A DNA stretch of 64,000 bases, taken from the NCBI GenBank assembly GCA_028286645.1, contig JAQBRF010000003.1:12323-76322 (forward strand), in the 5' to 3' direction. The stretch is from Candidatus Nomurabacteria bacterium (GTDB taxonomy: Bacteria; Patescibacteriota; Minisyncoccia; Phycocordibacterales; UBA5272). Every line of letters begins with the position of its first letter. The first letter of the stretch is position 1. Of the stretch, positions 57,518-64,000 are shown piece by piece. Below the pieces are notes generated by a model that saw only the letters and a list, made by a program, of their open reading frames with translations, did no database searches and was not told where the DNA came from. The position numbers and the translations under genes were made by a program.

Positions 57518-57861
57518 GAGACTCGCCTATCAAGAGTTGGGGTTACAGGAGTGCTTTCGTTTTCGGGAGACGCAGGCACATATACGACCTTTTTACGCAA
57601 ATCAAGAGTACTTACAAATAGAAGTACTCCGGCAACTATAAATACTACATCTTTAAAAATGCTTGGAATGAATATCCATGGAGAAAGTATTAGGACAATG
57701 GCGACAGTTCGTTGTATTCCTCTAGGTGACATAATTAGAAATAGTATACAGAGTAATTTAACTTTGGTAAACCCAATAAAAAGTCCCCGCCGAAACGGGG
57801 GCCAAAACTCAAGCGATATCACCACGCATACGAGCAATATGGAGGAGAGACTAATGTACAT
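57514..57861 (-). CDS. Small membrane protein (hypothetical)
   Basis: Three TM helices. Its stop overlaps the start of the downstream gene (ATGA), suggesting an operon. Confidence 0.4.
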   Translation of the reverse strand: MYISLSSILLVCVVISLEFWPPFRRGLFIGFTKVKLLCILFLIMSPRGIQRTVAIVLILSPWIFIPSIFKDVVFIVAGVLLFVSTLDLRKKVVYVPASPENESTPVTPTLDRRVS

Positions 57862-57948
57862 CGACGGATGCAGGAATTAGCCCTAATTTAACATATGTAT
57901 ATATTTTAACTAATTACCAATGACTAATCACTAATAACTGTATATAAT

Positions 57949-59031
57949 ATGCCAATGACTCGCCTAGAAAAGGACTTTTCCCTTAAGAAGCACAATACTT
58001 TTCACTTAGATGTACATGCTAAATTTTTCGTAGAAGTCCATTCAAAAGAAGATTTAATAGAGGCTTTAAACATCCCAGAAGCCAGAGAGAACAAAATATT
58101 TATTTTAGGCGATGGAGCAAATGTTTTGTTTAAAAGCGACTTTAATGGCCTCATCATAAAAAACTCCATTAAAGGAATAAGGACCATCGAAGAAAATGAT
58201 GACCATGTAATTTTAGAAGTAGGATCAGGCGTTGACTGGCATGAACTCGTCACATATACAGTAAACAATAATCTTCAAGGAATAGAAAATCTTGCTTTCA
58301 TTCCAGGAACAGTGGGGGCTGCTCCAGTTCAAAATATCGCAGCCTACGGACAAGAACTGGCAGAGACATTTGAAACCCTGACAGCGATTAGTATAGAAAC
58401 TGGAGAGGAAAAAGTATTTACTAAAGAAGAATGCGAATTTAAATATAGAGATAGTATTTTTAAAGGAGAGCTAAAAGATAAATATTTTATTACGCAAGTT
58501 AGACTAAAACTTTCTAAGCATTTTAAAGGAGTAGACACAACATATCATTCACGATATGAGTCTCTTGAAAGTGAGCTTCAAAGTATCGCCACTCTACCAT
58601 ACAAACTCAAAGATATTTATAACGCCGTAATTAGCATAAGAAAGAAAAAGCTTCCACAGGTAGAAGAAATTGGAACTATCGGGTCTACATTTGCTAATCC
58701 ATTTATTACTCAGGAGCAATTAAAAGAACTACAAAAAATAGTTCCGCACGTGCAATTTTACCCAATCAATAAAATGCTATACCCGAAAATGGATGATCCC
58801 GCACTTATTGGCCTAGAAGTAGTAAAAGTCCCAGCAGGCTGGCTGCTTGAGGAAATGGGATATAAAGGAGTGCGTGATGGAAATGTCGGCACCTTTCCGC
58901 GTCACGCTCTTTGTGTGGTCGCGTACGATGGGGCCAGAGGAGAAGAGGTATATGCCTTTACCGAAAAAATGAGAGGTGATTTTAAAAAGAAATATGGAAT
59001 TACACTCAAGTACGAAGTGAATGTTATATAA
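57949..59031 (+). CDS. murB: UDP-N-acetylenolpyruvoylglucosamine reductase
   Basis: FAD-binding ILGDGANVLF and the MurB C-terminal domain. This is the long form at 360 aa. Confidence 0.8.
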   Translation: MPMTRLEKDFSLKKHNTFHLDVHAKFFVEVHSKEDLIEALNIPEARENKIFILGDGANVLFKSDFNGLIIKNSIKGIRTIEENDDHVILEVGSGVDWHELVTYTVNNNLQGIENLAFIPGTVGAAPVQNIAAYGQELAETFETLTAISIETGEEKVFTKEECEFKYRDSIFKGELKDKYFITQVRLKLSKHFKGVDTTYHSRYESLESELQSIATLPYKLKDIYNAVISIRKKKLPQVEEIGTIGSTFANPFITQEQLKELQKIVPHVQFYPINKMLYPKMDDPALIGLEVVKVPAGWLLEEMGYKGVRDGNVGTFPRHALCVVAYDGARGEEVYAFTEKMRGDFKKKYGITLKYEVNVI

Positions 59032-59038
59032 ACCAGAT

Positions 59039-59062
59039 GTTAGACATTAGATTTTAGAAAGT
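59039..59062. repeat. Copy of the dispersed ~25-nt intergenic repeat
   Basis: ttagacattagattttaga sits immediately after the murB stop. Confidence 0.55.
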
Positions 59063-59178
59063 TTCCGGTTGCAAGTTTTCTCCGTCAAAGGACGGACCTC
59101 TCTCGTGGAAATTTTCAGTAAAATAAAAATCCCGCGACAGAATGGCCGCGGGATTGTATTGAACTAAGTCCCAGAAAT

Positions 59179-60054
59179 CTACCGAAGGTCTGTTTGCCGG
59201 GACATTGCTACCACCGCTGAAGACGTAGAGAAAACTCTTCTATTGTCTTCTACTACTTCGGCGTCATCATCAATATCCTCCAAAGTCTGAGTCGGGCGAG
59301 GAATACGAAACTGCTGGCTAACGGGAAAACTGCCGTCATCTAATTGCATTTCGAGCAATCTTTCCATAAGTGAGCGGTCGTATATTCCAAGTTTGGATTT
59401 AAGAAGAAGAGCCAGTGAAATTTCAACCGGGTCGGAGGAAATGCTTTCTCCATTTAAAAACCCCGCTTCATATCTCACATACCAGGGAGTACGCCACCAA
59501 TAAGATCGCGGATCCTCCTGCGCCAGCCTTTTGGTGATATACCAGCCAGCTTTAAATCGCGCCGTAGGATCCTGTACTACGTTGGCAGCTAAAGCTGTAA
59601 CACAGGGGTGGGGCTCTGCCCATCCACCTATTGGATACCCCATTTTAGCAAGAGTTGCTGGGAGGTAGGTTGAGACTCCCCCATCTTTCCCTTGATGAGC
59701 TAGAACGAAGCGCTCAGACTTATCGACGATCGAACGATCACGGAACCCCACCTTTGATAAAAACTGCAGAACTCTCAAAGTGGTGTCTGCGTCAGCTGGC
59801 ACGCGTTCGTTATAAGACCACCCCCCATTTTCCCCTTGCAAGGCAAGTAGCGCCTCCAGAGTTTCTTTAGGGGCCACACCAAATTCCGCAAGGCTCGATG
59901 CTACACACGCAGTAGTCCAGGCTAAGCTTGGGCCATGGCGCAACTGAAAAAAGTCTTGGCAGATGCCATCTTTTGTGCAACCAAGGAGGTATTCCGTAGC
60001 CGCACTTATAGCTTTCCTGTTATTCATGTAATACCCCTCTAAACGAATGAACAT
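59179..60054 (-). CDS. Prenyltransferase/terpene-cyclase repeat (alpha-alpha toroid) protein
   Basis: Repeated Q-x-x-(D/N)GGW-type motifs: QGENGGWS, QGKDGGVS and QLDDGSF. GC is ~52%, unlike its neighbours. Confidence 0.55.
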   Translation of the reverse strand: MFIRLEGYYMNNRKAISAATEYLLGCTKDGICQDFFQLRHGPSLAWTTACVASSLAEFGVAPKETLEALLALQGENGGWSYNERVPADADTTLRVLQFLSKVGFRDRSIVDKSERFVLAHQGKDGGVSTYLPATLAKMGYPIGGWAEPHPCVTALAANVVQDPTARFKAGWYITKRLAQEDPRSYWWRTPWYVRYEAGFLNGESISSDPVEISLALLLKSKLGIYDRSLMERLLEMQLDDGSFPVSQQFRIPRPTQTLEDIDDDAEVVEDNRRVFSTSSAVVAMSRQTDLR

Positions 60055-60096
60055 CTATAGGAATAAACCCTATCAGTATCTGTATAAAAAATCAAA

Positions 60097-60795
60097 TTAC
60101 CTCCCTTCAACTATCACCACAAACTCCCCTCGCACATGGTCTGGATTATTCTGAAAATATTCTTTTACTTCTTGTGCCGTTCCTCTAATTACCTCTTCAT
60201 GCATTTTTGTAAGCTCTCGCGCAATTACGATATTGCGAGGTTTAGAATTCTCTGTCGACTGCAAACTATCGACCATCGACTGCATTGTCTTTTCAATCCT
60301 ATGGACTGATTCATAAAACACTACCGCTCTATCAGACTCCGCGATTTCTTTAAATAAAGTTTCTCTCCCCTTCTTATGCGGCAAGAATCCTAAGAACACA
60401 AATTGAGCAGAAGATATTCCGGAGGCTGAAAGTGCTGTGGTTAACGCTGATGCGCCGGGAAGTGCGATTACTTTCACATCTGGCAATTCATTTCTGATTT
60501 TATCTACGAGTAATACTCCGGGGTCTGAAATAGTCGGCGTCCCAGCATCGGACACTAATGCTATCCGTTTTCCTTCCTCTAACATTTTCATAACGCGATC
60601 AATATTTTTTAATCCTGTTTGAGCAAAGAAAACGCTTGTTTTAGTTGTAATCTCATATTCCTTAAAAAGTCGCTGTGTGACGGACGTATCTTCGCACAGA
60701 ACCAAATCTACTTCTTTAAGCACGCGAATAGCCCGAAGTGTCATATCTTCGAGATTGCCTATCGGCGTGGGCACAATGTAAAGAGTTCCAGGCAT
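60097..60795 (-). CDS. rsmI: 16S rRNA (cytidine1402-2'-O)-methyltransferase RsmI
   Basis: LYIVPTPIGNLEDMTLRAIRVLKEVDLVLCEDT is the tetrapyrrole-methylase-fold RsmI N-terminus. Confidence 0.9.
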   Translation of the reverse strand: MPGTLYIVPTPIGNLEDMTLRAIRVLKEVDLVLCEDTSVTQRLFKEYEITTKTSVFFAQTGLKNIDRVMKMLEEGKRIALVSDAGTPTISDPGVLLVDKIRNELPDVKVIALPGASALTTALSASGISSAQFVFLGFLPHKKGRETLFKEIAESDRAVVFYESVHRIEKTMQSMVDSLQSTENSKPRNIVIARELTKMHEEVIRGTAQEVKEYFQNNPDHVRGEFVVIVEGR

Positions 60796-60816
60796 TCAAC
60801 TTATACTACCACAAGT

Positions 60817-61278
60817 CTATTTTATGGAATATTTGTCAAAATCTTCACCGCTTTTTATAAGCAATCTCTTTAGTTCCTCCGTAAACTCTGTTGTCTTTTC
60901 TGCCAAGTCAATCAATTCATCGGAGTTTGATAATACAGGGCTATCAGAATGCATTATTATGGCAATTGCCCAACTTTCTACCTTATTAACAAATTTTTTA
61001 ATTAACTTTATTTCTTCTTCATTTAAATAGACTCTTTCCACTACTAGAGGAGAAGATATTATTTTTATAACAACTACCAGCTCGTCTGAAATGTCTTTTA
61101 CCTCTTTGTTAAACAACCAATTCTTAGTCAAAGGATCAGGAGGATTAGAAACAACAAATTTCTTTATATCTTTATCCAATCTCTGAAATGTACTTAATAT
61201 TTGAGAAGTTACGGAGAAATCTTCTGGATTCTTTGGTATATAGTCATTCTCTAATCCGAATTTCATAAAAGTTACCAA
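60817..61278 (-). CDS. Hypothetical protein
   Basis: The protein is 153 aa and acidic, with no motif found. Confidence 0.35.
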   Translation of the reverse strand: MVTFMKFGLENDYIPKNPEDFSVTSQILSTFQRLDKDIKKFVVSNPPDPLTKNWLFNKEVKDISDELVVVIKIISSPLVVERVYLNEEEIKLIKKFVNKVESWAIAIIMHSDSPVLSNSDELIDLAEKTTEFTEELKRLLIKSGEDFDKYSIK

Positions 61279-61736
61279 ATACTAAATATATATCCAAGCA
61301 CTAGAAGCGTAATTAACTGATACCCTGCCACGATCAAAAACTTTTTCATGCGCAAACCTTTCTGTGAATCCCATATCACGCCTGCTGCTTGCGGCATCAT
61401 GAACCCAAGCCAGACAAAGAATGCAACTTGATATCCGCCTCCGTTCCATGCTTTCACAAAATTATAAAAGACATAACTTGTAAGTAAGCTCAAAACAAAC
61501 TGAAGCACATACATCATACCCACTCCTTTCATCGCTTCCTTTTGCTCTTCTTTGCTTAATTTATCAGCTCCCGTAATTTTCATCCACACCTTTCCAAACA
61601 TTGGGCCATACCAGATGCCTCCCGCTACGAATAAGAAAACAGCTCCTCCCAACACTGCCCAGTAATTTACTATTATATTCATATGCAGTAATACTATACC
61701 TGACAGGATTTTAAGCAAGTGGGTAAATGCATACAT
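61272..61736 (-). CDS. DUF1761-family membrane protein (second paralog)
   Basis: GGIWYGPMFGKVWMK. The start is possibly the internal Met at 61682. Confidence 0.5.
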   Translation of the reverse strand: MYAFTHLLKILSGIVLLHMNIIVNYWAVLGGAVFLFVAGGIWYGPMFGKVWMKITGADKLSKEEQKEAMKGVGMMYVLQFVLSLLTSYVFYNFVKAWNGGGYQVAFFVWLGFMMPQAAGVIWDSQKGLRMKKFLIVAGYQLITLLVLGYIFSIW

Positions 61737-61837
61737 TGCTTACTGAGTAAAATCTTCAGGCAATTATATCTCCTATTTCCCCTTCATCTATGTCTATTCC
61801 ACGACCTCGAAGTACGGTCTGGCCTTAGCGGATTTGC

Positions 61838-62509
61838 TTATATCCCATTATTTAAACGTGTTTCTTCTATCTTTAAACCTTGCTCTCTGTGATTATAATC
61901 ATAATAAATCCGAAGGCCTTTCGTAGTTGTATAATTATCTGAAACGATAGTAATTTTTTCTCCGGACCATATGCTTTTATTTGTGTCCATTACAATTGAT
62001 TCTATGCATGAATCATACAAAGAGTAGTTACTTTCCACTATGCGATCTGCATCATTTACTTTAAGCCAAATTAGATAATTTTCTTCTCCCGCTCCGCACA
62101 TACCATTTGGATTGGCAGGATTTGAAACCATAGATACCTTAATAAGAATATACATATTTTTATCTTTCGTGGCCGCATCGAGTACGGATACCAAAGCATT
62201 TTTAAGTTTTACATATTTTTCCACCCCTTCTTTTAGAGTTTGAGGAAGTGCGAGCAAGATGGTTTTACTTGGAGATTGCAGTAAAAAACTACTTTCATTA
62301 AAAGACGCCTTATAATTTTCTTTGCTCTCTGGAAGAAAGGCAGTATTGTTACTAAGCTCTGATGTAACTGGCTTACCTTCACTTTCTAATGCTTTATCAT
62401 ACCCTCCGCCTATTATTGAAGGAGACCTTTTTGCTACATAAGACAGGTAAGCCACCGCGAGTACTAAAACTAATATAAGTATTGCCGAAATAATTATCCC
62501 TACTTTCAT
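61838..62509 (-). CDS. Membrane-anchored hypothetical protein
   Basis: An N-terminal TM helix is followed by a soluble domain with no family assignment. Confidence 0.4.
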   Translation of the reverse strand: MKVGIIISAILILVLVLAVAYLSYVAKRSPSIIGGGYDKALESEGKPVTSELSNNTAFLPESKENYKASFNESSFLLQSPSKTILLALPQTLKEGVEKYVKLKNALVSVLDAATKDKNMYILIKVSMVSNPANPNGMCGAGEENYLIWLKVNDADRIVESNYSLYDSCIESIVMDTNKSIWSGEKITIVSDNYTTTKGLRIYYDYNHREQGLKIEETRLNNGI

Positions 62510-62620
62510 ACTACAATACTATACCTTATGCAACAACCTGAAAAGGGATAATACTCTGTATACGAGAATTAAAATCAAAATCGGAGAAGGCGTTAGAACC
62601 TTCGTCTTTTTACTTTCATG

Positions 62621-62693
62621 TGCGCGAACCAAGATTCGAACTTGGGACCGCTCGAGTATCAGTCGAGTGCTCTACCAGCTGAGCTATTCGCGC
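62621..62693 (-). tRNA. tRNA-Ile (anticodon GAU)
   Basis: The fold gives acceptor GCGCGAA/UUCGCGC, D-arm GCUCAGCUGGUAGAGC, anticodon stem CUCGA/UCGAG with loop CUGAUAC, and T-arm CAAGUUCGAAUCUUG. Confidence 0.85.
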
Positions 62694-62860
62694 ATATTTA
62701 TAAGAAAACAGATGACGGACTGATTCACTTACAGATTGCAGAGAGAATCAATTTATTTCTCTGTCTTCTGTTATCTGTTATCTGGGTTTATAAATCCTAT
62801 CATAAAATAGGTATTTTTGGAACGTGTTATGTCCTCGGCTTTGCTTTGCTTCATAATAAA

Positions 62861-62888
62861 AAGCGCGGTCCCCGTAGGGCCGCGCCGG
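62861..62888 (-). terminator. Rho-independent terminator for the minus-strand small-protein operon
   Basis: GC-rich stem gcgcgg(t)ccc/gggccgcgc, with a T-run on the minus strand. Confidence 0.6.
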
Positions 62889-62924
62889 TGCATCATGATG
62901 ATGATCTTTACTTCTCCACCTGAA

Positions 62925-63044
62925 CCCCCGAATAGTACACGTTGGGGCCGCCGTTAACGTAAAGCATGAACAGCCCGGCGAGAGCGAGGGCGGCGATAAT
63001 CGCAGCCCTTAAATAACGATCTTTAAACTTTTTCGACACCATGA
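62925..63044 (-). CDS. Small membrane protein (44 aa; below the ORF-track cutoff)
   Basis: Manual translation gives MVSKKFKDRYLRAAIIAALALAGLFMLYVNGGPNVYYSGVQVEK. An AGGAG RBS lies 5 nt upstream. The region has high GC. Confidence 0.4.
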
Positions 63045-63056
63045 GACTCCTCACGT

Positions 63057-63305
63057 TTACTTGCGATGAATCGGTGCGACGCGCTTGCCCATCATGAAGT
63101 CTAACTTGTCGTTGACCTGGCTCCAGTCAACCAGGACATACATCCCTGCGAGAAAGCTCACGATTGCGGCAGCAGTCATCGCGGCGGCATGGAGGCTTTT
63201 CCGCCTCCGCGCCGAACGAGAGAACATGATTCTCTCCTTGGAAGGTTCCGCAGGTTCATGGCCCAGCGACTGAAACTGTACTAACTTGCTTGATTTAGCA
63301 CTCAA
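63057..63305 (-). CDS. Small membrane protein (hypothetical; start may be the internal Met)
   Basis: The 82-aa ORF has a central TM helix (AAMTAAAIVSFLAGMYVLV). GC is ~58%. Confidence 0.4.
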   Translation of the reverse strand: MSAKSSKLVQFQSLGHEPAEPSKERIMFSRSARRRKSLHAAAMTAAAIVSFLAGMYVLVDWSQVNDKLDFMMGKRVAPIHRK

Positions 63306-63476
63306 GATGGTCTCCTTTATGTGCTGATTTATGGGTGGACACCCTACCTATTAACGATAGCACATCTAGGTGTAAAAGTCAATAGATAAAACCCTTATAA
63401 ATCAATGGCAATTTGACTTATGGGTATTAAAAACATACGATAAAAATAAAGCGGGAAACCGTATACAACCTGAGGA

Positions 63477-63917
63477 ATGAAAATGCCTTTTACCGACGCA
63501 CAACGTAAGCGGCTGGAAAAACATGAGTGGGTAGTGACTACAGCAGATATCCCTAACACCATGTGGGCCCTTGCTGCAGAACTCGCCCGTCTGGGAGAAA
63601 TATCAACGGATGAACGCGGGAAGGAAATCCCATATAAAGGGAAAAAGATTCAGGTGCTACCAGTAGAACGATTTATTACGATTCAGCGGCTCGCTGACAA
63701 TCGCCGAGCACTCTCATTCAAATTCACAGCCTTTCATCGCGAACATGACTGGCAGGACTGGGAGAAGTTTGGCGAGGGAGTCAATATGGCCAAAGGAGAA
63801 ACGCGAGAACAAAAGCGTGCCGACAATCGCAGCGCTAAACAAACGAGAGAAAAGGTCGACAAAGTCAAAGAAGCAAATGACAAACTAGCCCTCCTCAGCC
63901 GAAGCCGGACGGAATGA
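63477..63917 (+). CDS. Hypothetical protein (basic C-terminal tail)
   Basis: A GAGGA RBS is present. The protein is 146 aa and is followed by a strong terminator. The gene is GC-rich. Confidence 0.45.
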   Translation: MKMPFTDAQRKRLEKHEWVVTTADIPNTMWALAAELARLGEISTDERGKEIPYKGKKIQVLPVERFITIQRLADNRRALSFKFTAFHREHDWQDWEKFGEGVNMAKGETREQKRADNRSAKQTREKVDKVKEANDKLALLSRSRTE

Positions 63918-63946
63918 TCCACGGATGGCGAGGCCGCCCTTTCAAT

Positions 63947-63984
63947 CCTGTACCGAGCTCTGCTCTGGTACAGGATTTATTTTT
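63947..63984 (+). terminator. Rho-independent terminator
   Basis: The cctgtacc/ggtacagg stem is followed by ATTTATTTTTAA. Confidence 0.65.
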
Positions 63985-64000
63985 AAATTAATGGTCTCTT

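Noticed and set aside
62618-62923. 101-aa plus-strand ORF
   Set aside because: It completely overlaps the tRNA-Ile(GAU) gene and the terminator hairpin, so it is a frame artefact.
1-64000. CRISPR arrays, complete IS elements, integrase or transposase genes
   Set aside because: No regularly spaced direct repeats with unique spacers were seen. No DDE transposase or tyrosine/serine recombinase motifs were recognised in any frame. The mobile signatures are limited to repeat scars and the GIY-YIG gene.

Overview
This window is an AT-rich (~35% GC), densely coding bacterial chromosomal segment. The gene content and style suggest a reduced-genome, Patescibacteria/CPR-like organism. This is inference from short intergenic regions, a four-helix-bundle 'IVS protein', minimal S1, O-antigen-ligase/TPR and DUF1761 genes.

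Layout by coordinate:
- 1-23 kb, housekeeping backbone: MBL hydrolase, oligoribonuclease, rpsA, two kinase-like genes, pth, lepB, hisS, rpsU, ybeY, ftsA, ftsZ, trxB, an ABC exporter, an Nramp transporter, tRNA-Ser, a LigT-like gene, an inositol monophosphatase and an HTH-MurA fusion.
- 23-31 kb: SGNH hydrolase, DMT-like membrane protein, and a MarR-controlled MacAB-type efflux operon (MFP, ATPase, FtsX permease).
- 31-36.3 kb, accessory/rearranged hotspot:
  - divergent HExxH-metalloprotease and proteasome-like Ntn-hydrolase genes flanked by ~86-nt direct repeats;
  - a terminase-small-like HTH gene, ~130-bp inverted repeats, tRNA-Glu and tRNA-Val;
  - a GIY-YIG nuclease bracketed by a duplicated tRNA 5' end, and a duplicated tRNA 3' end.
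- 36.3-39.9 kb: rlmH, an S1-type protease, a four-helix-bundle gene enclosed by inverted copies of a dispersed ~25-nt repeat, and tsaD.
- 39.9-52.5 kb, surface-glycan cluster: O-antigen-ligase/TPR, GT11 fucosyltransferase, GT32, GT2, a flippase, two FkbM methyltransferases, a multidomain GT/MTase and GT4.
- 52.5-57.9 kb, minus-strand block: lamin-tail-domain protein, TraD/VirD4-like ATPase, ParB/Srx-like protein, glycoside-hydrolase-like protein.
- 57.9-64 kb: murB, a terpene-cyclase/prenyltransferase-repeat protein, rsmI, a second DUF1761 protein, tRNA-Ile and a terminal GC-rich block.

Several discrete GC-elevated patches (orn; 8.9-10.2 kb; 13.7-14.1 kb; 59.2-60.1 kb; 62.9-64 kb), most with their own terminators, look horizontally acquired. 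No CRISPR array or complete IS element was seen.
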